From Nostoc sp. DedSLP01 (GTDB lineage Bacteria; Cyanobacteriota; Cyanobacteriia; Cyanobacteriales; Nostocaceae), in the NCBI GenBank assembly GCA_034530875.2, contig JAVRCJ020000031.1:1-64000 (forward strand): a stretch of 64,000 bases of DNA, in the 5' to 3' direction. The notes under the pieces were generated by a model that saw only the letters and a list, made by a program, of their open reading frames with translations, was not told where the DNA came from and did not search any database. Shown piece by piece: positions 18,267 through 29,075 of this stretch. Positions within the stretch are counted from its first letter, which is position 1. The number at the start of each line of letters is the position of its first letter. Both the position numbers and the translations under genes were made by a program.

Positions 18267-21206
18267 TTACCTACTTTCCAAGGTTTCCACTCGGAAACGT
18301 TCCACGGAGGCTATCAAGTCACGGGATACACCTACTAAGTGTTGTAGGGCACCAGAAACTCGCTGTGCTTCTTGGGAGGTTTCTTGGGCTGTGAGTTCTA
18401 CTGATTGCATTACATGAGCAACGGCGCGGGAAGTCTCGGTCTGTTCCACAGTATCGCTAGTGATGGAACGTACTAGAATATCGATGCGATTTGCCACTTG
18501 AATGATGTTTTCTAGCGATCGCTTGGCTTCTTCTGCCAATTTTGTGCCTTTAATTACTTGTTGTGTACCTTCTTCCATCGCGGTCATTACTGAGCCTGTT
18601 TCGCTTTGGATTTGCATCACAATTTGTTCGATTTCTTTCAAGGATTTGGCAGATTTATCTGCTAACTGGCGCACTTCATCTGCTACGATCGCAAATCCGC
18701 GTCCAGCTTCTCCCGCCCTTGCCGCCTCAATACTGGCGTTGAGTGCCAGCAAGTTGGTTCTGGAAGCAATCTGAGAAATCAACGCCACAATTTTAGAAAT
18801 TTCTTGTGAAGATTCCGCTAATCTCTTCACTTTTCGAGTTGTTTCGGCAACGGTTTCTCGAATTTCTAAAATCCCTGCCACAGTATTTTCTACTGCTTCG
18901 CCACCCTTGAGAGCGATCGTACTTGCATCGCGGGCGACGGTTTCGGCTTCCCGCGCCGCCTCTGCTACCCGCTGAATCGAGTCGGTCATCACCTGTACGG
19001 AATTCAGCGTTACTGCCAATTCTTCTGCTTGGCGCAAAGCATCGCTAGATAAAGCTCTAGCAAAGGTTTCCGAATTGGTTGCACCTTTGGTCACTTCCTT
19101 GGCAGCGACTTTTACCTGTTGAACGATATCCCGTAGGTTTTGAATTGTCAGGTTAAAGGCGTCGGCTACGGCTCCCAAGACGTCAGCTGTGACTTCAGCT
19201 TGCACGGTTAAATCACCTCTAGCAGCTCCTTCCACATCGTCCAGCAGGCGAATCACCTGGCGTTGCAGATTTTCTTTAGCTTCCTCTTGTTCGTCAGCTT
19301 TGCGTTGGGCTTCATTTGTGGTCGAGAAAATTACTCGCGCCATTTCATTAAAGCCACTGGCTAAATGTCCCAATTCATCTTCGGAATACACCGTGGCTTG
19401 AGCATTGAGATTTCCTTGACGCACAGCCTCAAACTGATTTTGCAAATCCTTAGTTGTGCGGCGAATTTGCTTGAGTGTCAGATTCCCCATAAAGCCAGCG
19501 GTAGCAAAACCAGTCAGTCCAGCAGCTAGTGCCATTGCCCAACCTGTATTTCGCACACTTTCCCTTTGTTGGGGAACAGAAAATGTGGTGGCGGCAAAGC
19601 TGACTGTAGCAACAACTAGTGCTGAGGCAATACCCACAGTCCCAGCAATTAACCATTGCTTTCTTTCTATGGGTGCATTTTCTAATGGTGCTAACCAGCC
19701 TTGCTCGACGCTAACATTGGGTTCTACCTTCGAGACATCTGGTTGGGTAAAAGCTGGAACTGGTTCGTGCGAACCAGTAATCGAAAATAATTCCTCTTCC
19801 CGATCTGCTGCATTACTTGAAAAAGCTTCGACAACTTGAGGGCGTCCGCTACTACCGATTTCTGCTGCGGCAGAATGCATTGCCACATCACCAAAATCAG
19901 AATCTCCTTCAATGAGGTCAAACCCTGGAATATTCCCTAAATCATCAAATTCCTCAAAGTCATCTAAAAATTCAATATTGCTCCTAGAATTTTCTCGACT
20001 CAGTATATTATTTGAGCCTTCATCAGAGCTGATGTTGTCCGACCCAAAAGCAGACTCAAATGCTTCAATATCAAAGCTTTCATCGTCATCAAAGCTATTT
20101 TGAGTGAAGAATTCAGCTGATTGAAATTGCTGCTTTTTATCCAAGATGAAATTGTTGCTTGCAGATGGAGAATCATCAGAAAAACTTGGTTGAAATTCCG
20201 ACTCTGTATCCAAGTCTTTTTGTTCTAACCAATTCTTGGGTTCAGTTTCTGATAAATCATCTTGAGTTTGAAATTCTAAACTATTGGTTGCAAAACTATT
20301 GTTCAGCTCTTTCTCAGCAATCAGTAGAGTTTCTTCTTGAAAATGAGGTTGTTTATGGTTTAAACTCTCAGTACTCAAATTTTGAGTCTGTGGCTCACTC
20401 AAAAACTCAGCAAAATTATCTTTAGTATTATCATTGTCTGAGTTAGAAGATGAAGAGTAGTTAAGGTCTTCAATAGGTGGAATTTCGTTCGTGTAACTTA
20501 TTTCATTTTGTGTAAAATGATTATTACCTAATGATTCTTCTGCAATCTCTTCAGAACTATCTTCTTGCCAAAAAGCAGGTAACTCTAATGCTGTTTTTTC
20601 CTCCCAACTGTTGCCATTTGATTCTTCCTCTAATTCTTCATTGAGGGCAAAAGGATCTTCAGCAAAAGGAGAAGAATCTGAGATGTTTTCTGTTGCAATA
20701 CTGGCTTCTGTGGGTATATCAAATGGGTTATTTGAAGATAGTTCTTCAACTGCATTCACAGTTTCTGGAATCTCTTCAAAAAAGTTCAAATCCAGGTTTT
20801 TGCTGTCAAATTCATCACTAGCGGGCAAATCTTCTAATTCTTCTTCCCTATATCCCAGTGGGTCGGACATCTCTAGGGAATTTATTTGCTCTTGACTTGC
20901 GGATGTATCAATCTGACCGCCAAATGACTGTAGGTATTGATTGATATTCTCAATCCCATTATTGGCAAAACCAATAATTTCTGGGTCGTTAGTCAAGTTT
21001 AATACCTGTTGATATTCTTGTTTTGCGACATCGTACTGCTGCAAAACGTAGTAGATGTGACCCCTTAATAAATGGGAGTTCGGGTCATCGGGTAAACTTT
21101 GCACCACCTGGTCAACTAATGTGGCGGCAACGTCATAATTTCTTTGAACGTAGGCGGTCATCGCCTGTTGATATGTTGGCTCGTAATCATCAATACTTGC
21201 TGCCAT
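18267..21206 (-). CDS. hmpD: Methyl-accepting chemotaxis protein with N-terminal TPR (PilJ-like)
   Basis: TPR, 2 TM, HAMP and [34 protein letters not shown]; start moved to ATG 21206 with GGAGGAGG RBS. Confidence 0.9.
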   Translation of the reverse strand: MAASIDDYEPTYQQAMTAYVQRNYDVAATLVDQVVQSLPDDPNSHLLRGHIYYVLQQYDVAKQEYQQVLNLTNDPEIIGFANNGIENINQYLQSFGGQIDTSASQEQINSLEMSDPLGYREEELEDLPASDEFDSKNLDLNFFEEIPETVNAVEELSSNNPFDIPTEASIATENISDSSPFAEDPFALNEELEEESNGNSWEEKTALELPAFWQEDSSEEIAEESLGNNHFTQNEISYTNEIPPIEDLNYSSSSNSDNDNTKDNFAEFLSEPQTQNLSTESLNHKQPHFQEETLLIAEKELNNSFATNSLEFQTQDDLSETEPKNWLEQKDLDTESEFQPSFSDDSPSASNNFILDKKQQFQSAEFFTQNSFDDDESFDIEAFESAFGSDNISSDEGSNNILSRENSRSNIEFLDDFEEFDDLGNIPGFDLIEGDSDFGDVAMHSAAAEIGSSGRPQVVEAFSSNAADREEELFSITGSHEPVPAFTQPDVSKVEPNVSVEQGWLAPLENAPIERKQWLIAGTVGIASALVVATVSFAATTFSVPQQRESVRNTGWAMALAAGLTGFATAGFMGNLTLKQIRRTTKDLQNQFEAVRQGNLNAQATVYSEDELGHLASGFNEMARVIFSTTNEAQRKADEQEEAKENLQRQVIRLLDDVEGAARGDLTVQAEVTADVLGAVADAFNLTIQNLRDIVQQVKVAAKEVTKGATNSETFARALSSDALRQAEELAVTLNSVQVMTDSIQRVAEAAREAETVARDASTIALKGGEAVENTVAGILEIRETVAETTRKVKRLAESSQEISKIVALISQIASRTNLLALNASIEAARAGEAGRGFAIVADEVRQLADKSAKSLKEIEQIVMQIQSETGSVMTAMEEGTQQVIKGTKLAEEAKRSLENIIQVANRIDILVRSITSDTVEQTETSRAVAHVMQSVELTAQETSQEAQRVSGALQHLVGVSRDLIASVERFRVETLESR

Positions 21207-21220
21207 TTCCTCCTCCAATT

Positions 21221-21751
21221 TCATCCTGCCCATCGCGCGCTCCGTAAAATAGCCGTTTGATCGAGCAGTCGTAGACACTGATTATTTTTAGCACCTAATA
21301 CCCACTCGCCACGTAAAAAAGGAGCCATAGTATCTGGAACGCTAGTTGGTGGCATGAGATTCTGGACATCGAGCCAGTCCATACCACCGATTTCCTCTAC
21401 AGCTAAACCCACTATTGTGTCTTGTTCTTCAATGGCAATTACTGGAATTTCAGCTTTATCCGTGTTTAATGCACTTGGTTCGCCTAAAAATTGACCCAAA
21501 TCAGCCACCCAAATAACTCGACCTCGTAAATTTAGAGTACCCAAAAGTAAAGGAGAAGCATTAGGAATCGGGGTGATTCTATCAGGACTTAGTTCAATTA
21601 CTTCCCGGATGCCAGTTGCTTGTAGTGCAAACTCCTGATGCGAGGGAATGTAAAACCTCAAATGTAACTCACCTTCAGGACTTTCTACTTGTAATTCTGG
21701 TCGGAAATGATCTTGACCACTGCCACTTAAAAAGTCCGGTTTGCTGACCAT
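21221..21751 (-). CDS. hmpC: CheW-like adaptor
   Basis: [27 protein letters not shown]. Confidence 0.9.
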   Translation of the reverse strand: MVSKPDFLSGSGQDHFRPELQVESPEGELHLRFYIPSHQEFALQATGIREVIELSPDRITPIPNASPLLLGTLNLRGRVIWVADLGQFLGEPSALNTDKAEIPVIAIEEQDTIVGLAVEEIGGMDWLDVQNLMPPTSVPDTMAPFLRGEWVLGAKNNQCLRLLDQTAILRSARWAG

Positions 21752-21763
21752 ATTGCTTTATCC

Positions 21764-22129
21764 TTATCCTCGCAGCAGTTGTTTGACTGTTCCGACCAGC
21801 TCAGTTGGCTGAAATGGTTTGGCGATGTAGGCGTCTGCACCTTGTTTCATGCCCCAGTAGCGATCGAATTCTTCACCTTTGGAAGAACACATCACCACAG
21901 GCACATTTTGGGTTTTTGGATCGGATTTTAACCGCCGACAAACTTCGTAGCCGTTCATTCTGGGCATGACAATATCCAATACCACTAAATCGGGAGGTGC
22001 TACTTGAACTGCCTCCAATGCTTCTACTCCGTCACTGGCATGGGTGACTGTTAGTCCAGTTGCTTTTAGGAGGTCTGTAATCATCTCCCTTTGCGCGATA
22101 CTGTCTTCTACAATCAGAACTGTACTCAT
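21764..22129 (-). CDS. hmpB: CheY-like response regulator (PilH-like)
   Basis: Single receiver: IVEDS, LDIVMPRMNG and YIAKPF. Confidence 0.9.
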   Translation of the reverse strand: MSTVLIVEDSIAQREMITDLLKATGLTVTHASDGVEALEAVQVAPPDLVVLDIVMPRMNGYEVCRRLKSDPKTQNVPVVMCSSKGEEFDRYWGMKQGADAYIAKPFQPTELVGTVKQLLRG

Positions 22130-22420
22130 AAGTGTCTATCTACCTCCTGATGTAACGTTCCTATTTGGAACATTCCCTGATTCCCCCGCAAGTATTAACT
22201 GTATAAATTAAATTTAGTTGTTCACTAATTTCCTGGATATTGAGGCTTCACGGTGTTGGCTCATTCTGTGATAACATCTTTTACCTCATCTTTTAGTAAA
22301 TCCACAAGTCTATAAATTTTTTTATATGCTCAATGCCCCTTACTCGCTGAATTTTAGGTTTTGGATTTGAGATTTTTCAATCCAAAATCCACAATTCTTC
22401 TGCCCCATGCCCCATTTTCA

Positions 22421-23596
22421 TTAGTTGTTAATATATTTTTCTACGAGCATGATTAATTCTGTATCTGTAAAGGGTTTTGTTAAATAATCTGTTGCCCCGA
22501 CCATCTTAGCTTTGACGCGATCGAGAAATCCATCTTTACCAGTCAGCATGATAATCGGTGTCAGCCGAAATGCTGTTGAGTGTCGCAGCATGGCGCAAAC
22601 TTCGTATCCTTCCAATTCCGACATGGCAATGTCGCATAAAATCAAATCCGGTTTGAGCTGAAAAACCAGACTAATTGCCTCTAGGGGATTAGTGAGGACG
22701 ATCGCTTCATAACCTTGCCCTTGTAAGATCGAATTTATAGTCTCACCGATGGCGATCGCATCGTCAATACATACTATCCGCCCTTTATTTTTTCTCTTCA
22801 CTTCCCAGCTATCAGTGTGAGTCTCTGGGTTATCAGTCGCTGAATATACTAGTTGTAGCCAACTTTGCTGCACGTATGGATATATTGCTTGAGCAACTGT
22901 CAAAATGTCTCGGTTGAGATAACGGGCTAGTTGACGCAGCGATGTTTTACCATCAGCCCAATGTTGTAGTTTATTAACGGTTGCTGGTGGTAGCGACGAG
23001 TGGATTTGAATTTTGTCAGATAGCACTAGCAATTGTTCGGGAGACTGAATGTGTGGATAAAGTTGCTTCCACTCCTGCACCTGTTTGGTAATTTGTGCCA
23101 CAAAAGGAGCAATCTCGAAAGTATTTAATTGTGGGGTAAGTGCTGCACCTTGACGAAAGATAAAATTACCTTGGTGTAAGCTCAGTAGATCGAACAGGGT
23201 CTCATGCACTAGGCCGTGAATTATACTAGCTGCTGTCTTGGGACTGATGATATTCTGCTCTAAAAGTGCCCAAAGATAGGCATACTCTGGGGCGTCAGTT
23301 GATGGTAAAGTGGCAATTTGTTTGTCAACAAGTCGCTTCTCAACTCGGTAATGACGTAAATAATCGCTAATTCTGGATAAACTACTTTCCCCTTGTTGGC
23401 AATAGATAATTTGACCATTGAGGAAAAAAACAAACCAAGACTTTTGTTTGGCAATATATTCAGTAGCTCTATCTCCACTAGGTTGATTGTGATGGTGAAA
23501 GCTATGAGCTTCTATCCATAATTGCCCAGTTCGCTGTCCCAACTCAATTAGTTGCAAGATACTGCAAATATCAATTTCATTTAAATTTCCCTGCAT
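22421..23596 (-). CDS. hmpA: PatA-type response regulator (PilG-like)
   Basis: MQGNLNEIDICSILQLIELGQRTG PATAN domain plus C-terminal receiver. Confidence 0.85.
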   Translation of the reverse strand: MQGNLNEIDICSILQLIELGQRTGQLWIEAHSFHHHNQPSGDRATEYIAKQKSWFVFFLNGQIIYCQQGESSLSRISDYLRHYRVEKRLVDKQIATLPSTDAPEYAYLWALLEQNIISPKTAASIIHGLVHETLFDLLSLHQGNFIFRQGAALTPQLNTFEIAPFVAQITKQVQEWKQLYPHIQSPEQLLVLSDKIQIHSSLPPATVNKLQHWADGKTSLRQLARYLNRDILTVAQAIYPYVQQSWLQLVYSATDNPETHTDSWEVKRKNKGRIVCIDDAIAIGETINSILQGQGYEAIVLTNPLEAISLVFQLKPDLILCDIAMSELEGYEVCAMLRHSTAFRLTPIIMLTGKDGFLDRVKAKMVGATDYLTKPFTDTELIMLVEKYINN

Positions 23597-24147
23597 TTAG
23601 CTAAACAGTACTCCTCATGGTGGGGTTTATATTATTTATGAATTTTGTCCGTCAACTTTTTCATGTTTCGAGCAGGTAGTTTAATTTGGGAATCAGAAGT
23701 ACAAACACAATTAACCGCTTGTGTACGGAACTAAAGAACTGTTTCTCTTCACTGCTTTCCTTCACTTCCACTATTGCTGAATTCTCTTAGCGCAGCGGCG
23801 CATAGCCCATTCTCACTTCTGTTTAAGTATTGATTATGGAGTATTGGAAAGATTTTGACCCTATCCCTTGTTCTCATCCAGTAATCAATTAAGCCATAAA
23901 ACTTAATGTTTTGTAATACACCTTGGTAAACTTAGTGTTAACACGGAAGTCATCATCGCTGTCATCAGTACAAAATATAAAGGCGCGGTCAAGTCGCTTC
24001 TATAGATATCAAGACATAATATCTCTCGTATATTAAGTTTTATCTGTTTTGCTCTCCTAAACTGTAGTTCAGTGAGACAAGGTAACAGAATTATTTCAGG
24101 TATATCCCAAAACACGAACTTTAAGTGCATCAATAAGGACTAACAGT

Positions 24148-25908
24148 GTGCTGTATTTAGCAGAAGTACAAAAACAGAAAGGTGGTTTACTTAGTGGTAG
24201 TGGCAAAACCGAACTGAAACTACTAGCTTGTCAGCGAACTGACCAGAATTGGAGTACTGTGTCGGAAGAAGTGATTGCCGCTGAGGACGCAAGCAAATTA
24301 AATGATGGTGCTTTGGTATTAGTTGAACTGAATCCGAATCGTCAAGTACAACGGATTCAAGAAGCAGGGCGTCCCCTAGTGAATATTTTGCAGAATTTTT
24401 CCCGCCAGTTGGAGAAATTTAAGCTCAAGGAAGATGAGATCGATCAGTGGAAACAGTCGTTGACATTTCAGGCGCAAGAGTTGAATCGCCGTGAAATGGA
24501 AATGGAAGCACGGCTAGAACAGTTGCAAAACATGGAAGAGGATTTGCAACAACTGGAAGAACAAAAGCAGGAAGTTGATACATCTCGTGGGGAGATTGAA
24601 AAGTTACAAGCAGAAATTGAACGCAACCGTCAGGAATTGGAAGGCGCTTGGGAGCATTTACGCGGCGAACAGCGTCGGCTAGAGGAGCGTCAAGCAGATT
24701 TCAAACAAGGGACGGTTTTGGATGAGGAGCAAAGTAAGGCGATGAGTGAATTGCTCGATCGCTTATCGAGTCGCATTCCTCCTACAGAAAAAGTAAAAGA
24801 ACATTTTCAACTTGTCTGTGAATTAGTAGAAAATCAGCAAGCTATCCTGACTCCACACTGGGAACAACTCCAGCACCAAAAAACTGCCATTTCTCAACAA
24901 CAGGAAGAAGTTGAGCGCTTGTCACAAATATTTAGCGATCGCCAAAATGCCTGGCAACAAGGACAAAAGTCTCTAGCTCAGCAAACAGCCCAATTGCAGA
25001 TCAGTACAGCAGAGCTTAAGAGCAAGCAAGAATATATTCAAACACTTAAAGATCGATTACGCAATCAAGAAGATTTATATCAACAAATTCATAGCTTGGC
25101 TGCAACATCTGGTGATGTGGTTTTAGGTCAGCCAGTTGATGTGGAAGCTTTACAAAAAATGCCTTTAGATGAACTACAAAAAATAGTCCAAGACTTAGAG
25201 CAGAAATTAGAAATAGATGCAAGCTTTGTTCACGATCAAGAACAAGAACTTAAATATAAGCAAGAAGCTATAGAAGAACTGCAAAATAAATTAAAGCAAG
25301 CATCTGACCAAGACCACATCAATTTAGAACTGGAACTAAGGGATGAAACCGACCACTATCAGATGTTAAATTCCAGTTTAGTGGGACAACGCCGCAATAT
25401 GTTACAGCGGCAGAAGTATCTCAAGCAACATCAAAATATATTGCTGCGGCGGCAAGGACATACTCTTACTGACGAACAAGAGAGCAATCAAATTAATTTA
25501 GAGCCGATTCTGTCACAAATTGAAACCCACCGACAACAATATTCCCAAGAAATCCAAAAGTTGGAACGTGAAATCGAGCAGATGCGTGCTGGTATCGATT
25601 TAGCTCAGGGTATGATTGACAATCAAACCCACGATTTGGATGAAAAACAGCAAGAACTTAAAGCGATCGAAGAAAACTTGCTGTCTTTAAGAGCAGCAAC
25701 TGCTCAATGCTGCGGTCGAGTCAATCTTTATGAGGAAGTGCTACAACCAATCCAGGATTGTATAGACAACTTACGCCAAAAGCTTCAAGGAATTGGAGAA
25801 TCTTTGGATGGATTCAAGGAAACTGGCGATCATCAACTCCAAGCGATCGCTCAGTTGCGCCAAACTCTCCAGAGTTTGATATCTCAGCCAGAATTATTAG
25901 CGTCTTAA
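24148..25908 (+). CDS. hmpF: Coiled-coil motility protein HmpF
   Basis: MLYLAEVQKQ..ELKLLACQR N-terminus and long coiled coil; divergent from hmpA. Confidence 0.85.
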   Translation: MLYLAEVQKQKGGLLSGSGKTELKLLACQRTDQNWSTVSEEVIAAEDASKLNDGALVLVELNPNRQVQRIQEAGRPLVNILQNFSRQLEKFKLKEDEIDQWKQSLTFQAQELNRREMEMEARLEQLQNMEEDLQQLEEQKQEVDTSRGEIEKLQAEIERNRQELEGAWEHLRGEQRRLEERQADFKQGTVLDEEQSKAMSELLDRLSSRIPPTEKVKEHFQLVCELVENQQAILTPHWEQLQHQKTAISQQQEEVERLSQIFSDRQNAWQQGQKSLAQQTAQLQISTAELKSKQEYIQTLKDRLRNQEDLYQQIHSLAATSGDVVLGQPVDVEALQKMPLDELQKIVQDLEQKLEIDASFVHDQEQELKYKQEAIEELQNKLKQASDQDHINLELELRDETDHYQMLNSSLVGQRRNMLQRQKYLKQHQNILLRRQGHTLTDEQESNQINLEPILSQIETHRQQYSQEIQKLEREIEQMRAGIDLAQGMIDNQTHDLDEKQQELKAIEENLLSLRAATAQCCGRVNLYEEVLQPIQDCIDNLRQKLQGIGESLDGFKETGDHQLQAIAQLRQTLQSLISQPELLAS

Positions 25909-26000
25909 ATAGTGCGTTGACTCTTGACCGTTGATTGTGAACAGTGGGATATTTTTTTTGGAAGTTCCTAACGATTGTAAAATGATGCCGAGTTATTTGC

Positions 26001-26606
26001 ATGACTAAGGAACGAGAACAAGCGTTTTTAGCAATTCGTGATGCAATCGCTACTGGTATTAAAAATTTTTTACCTGCTTTTAGGCACGATTGGGCTAACG
26101 AAACAATGTATGGATTTCTTCTGGAAGCTGTTTGGGAAGGAACCTCTGTAGAAGCTGTCGCTGCAACTGAAGAAGGATTATTGCGTATTGCTAAGTATTA
26201 TGCAGTCGATCAAGGTAAGGAAGATGAACAATCCATTAATCATCAACGCATTCAATTACGTTGGGGAAGCCCTGAAGATGGCTGGTACGCTAACTATGAT
26301 GCAAATTTTTTTGCTAGAGCCAATCAGTTACTTGCCCAGGCTCATGAAACAGGATTGATGGAACTAGGCGATCAACAATTACAGCAGTTGTGTCTTGAGG
26401 TACTACGAGAGCTAGATAGTGCTGGAGTTTTCGCAAGTGCTGAGATTCGCCAAAACATTGTAATAGGTGTTTGTGACGTAGGCGGCGACAATACTGAGGA
26501 AGATTTCTTACAGTGGGCAGAAGCAGTTAATCCACTAGTAGTGATGGAACGATTACGCCGTGAATTGCAAGAGGCAAATGAGGCATACGCGCGATCGCTT
26601 TTATAG
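26001..26606 (+). CDS. Hypothetical protein (DUF4303-like)
   Basis: ETMYGF, ATEEGL, LRWGSPEDGW and LRELDSAGVF pattern. Confidence 0.55.
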   Translation: MTKEREQAFLAIRDAIATGIKNFLPAFRHDWANETMYGFLLEAVWEGTSVEAVAATEEGLLRIAKYYAVDQGKEDEQSINHQRIQLRWGSPEDGWYANYDANFFARANQLLAQAHETGLMELGDQQLQQLCLEVLRELDSAGVFASAEIRQNIVIGVCDVGGDNTEEDFLQWAEAVNPLVVMERLRRELQEANEAYARSLL

Positions 26607-26613
26607 ATAGTTA

Positions 26614-27015
26614 TTATTCTATAAATAAACTAGGTTCTACATGAAAAAATTTTCCTAGCTTATCCGCTTGTTCTGTATTTATCTTCTCTTGTCCAGTTAA
26701 AATCTTATCAACCAAATCTTCTGAACCTAATACGGCTACTAAATCATCTCTACTTTTTTCAGATTCCTCTAAAATAAATAACAAGATAGATACAGGATTA
26801 TTCTGCTGGTTTGGCTGATAATATTCTTGTTCAAACTTTTCAATTAAAGTAATTAATAGCTGATACAGTTCGTCTTCTTCTGGAGTGCGTTCTCCGTGCA
26901 TTAAATCTTCCACTATTCTTAAAGCTTGTTCATTTTCAGCTTCACTTTTTATCAATTTGGGAAGATAAGCTATTAATAATTCCTTATATTTATCTGGATT
27001 AAAAGTAAAGGTCAT
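26614..27015 (-). CDS. higA: HigA-like antitoxin (HTH)
   Basis: P..IKSEAENEQAL, LLITLIEKFE and C-terminal HTH (QADKLGKFFHV); ATG 27015 overlaps the toxin end. Confidence 0.75.
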   Translation of the reverse strand: MTFTFNPDKYKELLIAYLPKLIKSEAENEQALRIVEDLMHGERTPEEDELYQLLITLIEKFEQEYYQPNQQNNPVSILLFILEESEKSRDDLVAVLGSEDLVDKILTGQEKINTEQADKLGKFFHVEPSLFIE

Positions 27016-27298
27016 TTTTCCAGTTCTCCTTATCGTATTCTGCATGAGTGACAATATACTTAATATAAATTAACTGTCCTTCATAATCTATACTAACAAT
27101 CAAGCGATATTTATTTCCTTTAATATTGAAAACTGTAAAATTACCAACAGATTCAGCTTTAGGAAAAACCTGCTGTACTTCAACTAAATTTGACCATTTA
27201 GCTTTATTAGCAACTTTATACCAATTACTTAATACTTCCTGACAATCTGCATGATTTTCTGCATATTCTCTTAAAATTCTAAAACTAATAATGTGCAT
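26999..27298 (-). CDS. higB: HigB-like toxin (RelE superfamily)
   Basis: MHIIS, WYK, VFNIKGNKYRLIV and THAEYDK. Confidence 0.85.
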   Translation of the reverse strand: MHIISFRILREYAENHADCQEVLSNWYKVANKAKWSNLVEVQQVFPKAESVGNFTVFNIKGNKYRLIVSIDYEGQLIYIKYIVTHAEYDKENWKNDLYF

Positions 27299-27328
27299 TA
27301 TCCCCGCTAACAAAAAGACTTTAAATAA

Positions 27329-28318
27329 CTATTTCAAATAAATCCAATCGCCTTGTACTTGAGCGATCGCACCACCAGGAAAAGGATCGGTTTGCGATCG
27401 ATTTGGTGCTGTAATTAAAGTCGTTAATTTTTCAATATGCTCAAAACTAGGTGCGTCAGGAAGTACTTGCTGCAATAACTGACGCATCACCCGACGTTGC
27501 AGCGCCAATGGCGCTTTCTGCAATACCCGACGATTTAACCGTAAGGGAACTGAATTTTCTTCATCCCCCATGCCCCACACCATCGCCTTTTCCCGCAACT
27601 GCTGGGCAGCTTTTTCTAAATACTCTACTTCTGCTTGTAGAAGTTCTGCTGTTTGGGCTAAGGCTGATTCTACTTGAGGGTTAAAATTTTGCCGCAAATA
27701 TGGCAGTAACTCTTGGCGGATGCGGTTGCGGGCGTATTGTAAATCTTGATTAGTCGAATCTTCCCAAATTGGTAGTTGAAAATCTTGGCAAAATTGCTGT
27801 GTTTGCGTGCGAGTAATTTCTAAAAGTGGACGCACTACCATAATGCCCGTATTTAGCGGGCGTTGCCAAGTCAGGGCTTGCAAGCCATCAGCACCAGTAC
27901 CGCGCATTAAATTGTAAAGGAGGGTTTCGGCGCGATCGCTCTTCGTATGTCCTGTAACTATATATTGATAATGATTTGCTTGAGCGATCGCACTTAAAGC
28001 TTCATACCGCCAATCCCGTGCAGCAGCTTCACTATTTATAGGTTCGTTGGCTGTTTCTAAATAAAAGGATATACCCCAACTTTTAGCTAAATTTTGGACG
28101 TGATTAGCATTAGCTTGGGAGTCAGAACGCCAGCGATGATCGCAATGAGCAATACCTAAATACCATCCCCATTTGGATTGTAAATCTAAAAGTAATTTTA
28201 TTAAACACAGAGAATCTTGTCCGCCAGAGACAGCGATTAATAGACGCTGGTTGCGTTCAAATAAATGGCGCGATCGGATGGTGCGATGGATTTTTGCGTG
28301 TATGGGAGTCCATACCAT
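27329..28318 (-). CDS. tilS: tRNA(Ile)-lysidine synthetase
   Basis: AVSGGQDS, EAAARDWRY, TGHTKSDRAET, RPLL and RNRIR. Confidence 0.95.
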   Translation of the reverse strand: MVWTPIHAKIHRTIRSRHLFERNQRLLIAVSGGQDSLCLIKLLLDLQSKWGWYLGIAHCDHRWRSDSQANANHVQNLAKSWGISFYLETANEPINSEAAARDWRYEALSAIAQANHYQYIVTGHTKSDRAETLLYNLMRGTGADGLQALTWQRPLNTGIMVVRPLLEITRTQTQQFCQDFQLPIWEDSTNQDLQYARNRIRQELLPYLRQNFNPQVESALAQTAELLQAEVEYLEKAAQQLREKAMVWGMGDEENSVPLRLNRRVLQKAPLALQRRVMRQLLQQVLPDAPSFEHIEKLTTLITAPNRSQTDPFPGGAIAQVQGDWIYLK

Positions 28319-28330
28319 TTTTACAACTTC

Positions 28331-28639
28331 TCATAGTTTTTGGATTTGACTTGCAGCAACAACTTGTTTAACAGTTAACGCTAGTTCCGGGAAAGTAGTA
28401 GAGATAATGCGATCGTTGCCCGTAAACTTTTGGACTTGGTATTGACCATCAACCAACTGATAAACAAAAATCGTGGGGAGTTTAGGATTACCGAGATAAG
28501 CACGAGAAGCGATCGCTAGATAATCTACAATCCAATACTCAGGAATACCCAGTCGTTGATACTCATCTAGCTTGTCAACATAATCATCATCCCAGTTTGT
28601 TGAGGTAACTTCTACAGCAAGTTGAATCGGCTCAATCAT
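28331..28639 (-). pseudogene. Uma2-family endonuclease, C-terminal part only
   Basis: LAVEVTS..DYVDKLDEYQRLGIPEYWIVD; about 100 aa and lacks the usual N-terminal half. Confidence 0.6.
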
Positions 28640-28690
28640 GCCTTATTTTAGACAATTGCTACAACACAAAGTAAATAATTTAGAAATGCT

Positions 28691-28717
28691 TTCTTCTTTG
28701 CGCCTTTGCGTGAGATA
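28691..28717. repeat. Left arm of 27-bp inverted repeat
   Basis: ttcttctttgcgcctttgcgtgagata; reverse complement matches 32445-32471 with 1 mismatch. Confidence 0.8.
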
Positions 28718-28747
28718 AAAATACTGTATAAATTCGCAGATCGCTTT

Positions 28748-29074
28748 ATGGCAGAAATTCAAATTGGAATTGAAGGTGAAGGCGCACCAGCCGCAGCCGA
28801 GGCTTTGCTAGAAATTCCTGGAATATCGGGAAGCTACGAAGTACCGACGCAAAGAGAGGGAACTCTGGCGGCTATTGCTACTGTTGTTGGCATTGTAGGT
28901 GGTGTGGCGGCTTTAGCCGAACAAATTCGCAAATGGTATCAAGAATGGCGAAAATCCCATCCAGGGAAGCAATTTGATGTGGTAATTCTTGACCCTGATA
29001 CGGGAAACAGGATTTTACTTGAGGACGCTACTATAGAGGAAATCACGGAAATCCTCAAATCTATCAGCAAGTAA
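28748..29074 (+). CDS. Small single-TM protein, EACC1-like, coupled to the CHAT-NTPase-TPR gene
   Basis: 108 aa; central LAAIATVVGIVGGVAALAEQI helix, then W-containing helix and beta-hairpin; stop is 1 nt before the next start. Confidence 0.6.
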   Translation: MAEIQIGIEGEGAPAAAEALLEIPGISGSYEVPTQREGTLAAIATVVGIVGGVAALAEQIRKWYQEWRKSHPGKQFDVVILDPDTGNRILLEDATIEEITEILKSISK

Positions 29075-29075
29075 A

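Noticed and set aside
12620..21247. Many short antisense or alternate-frame ORFs within hmpD/hmpE
   Set aside because: They are shadow ORFs of long, well-supported genes
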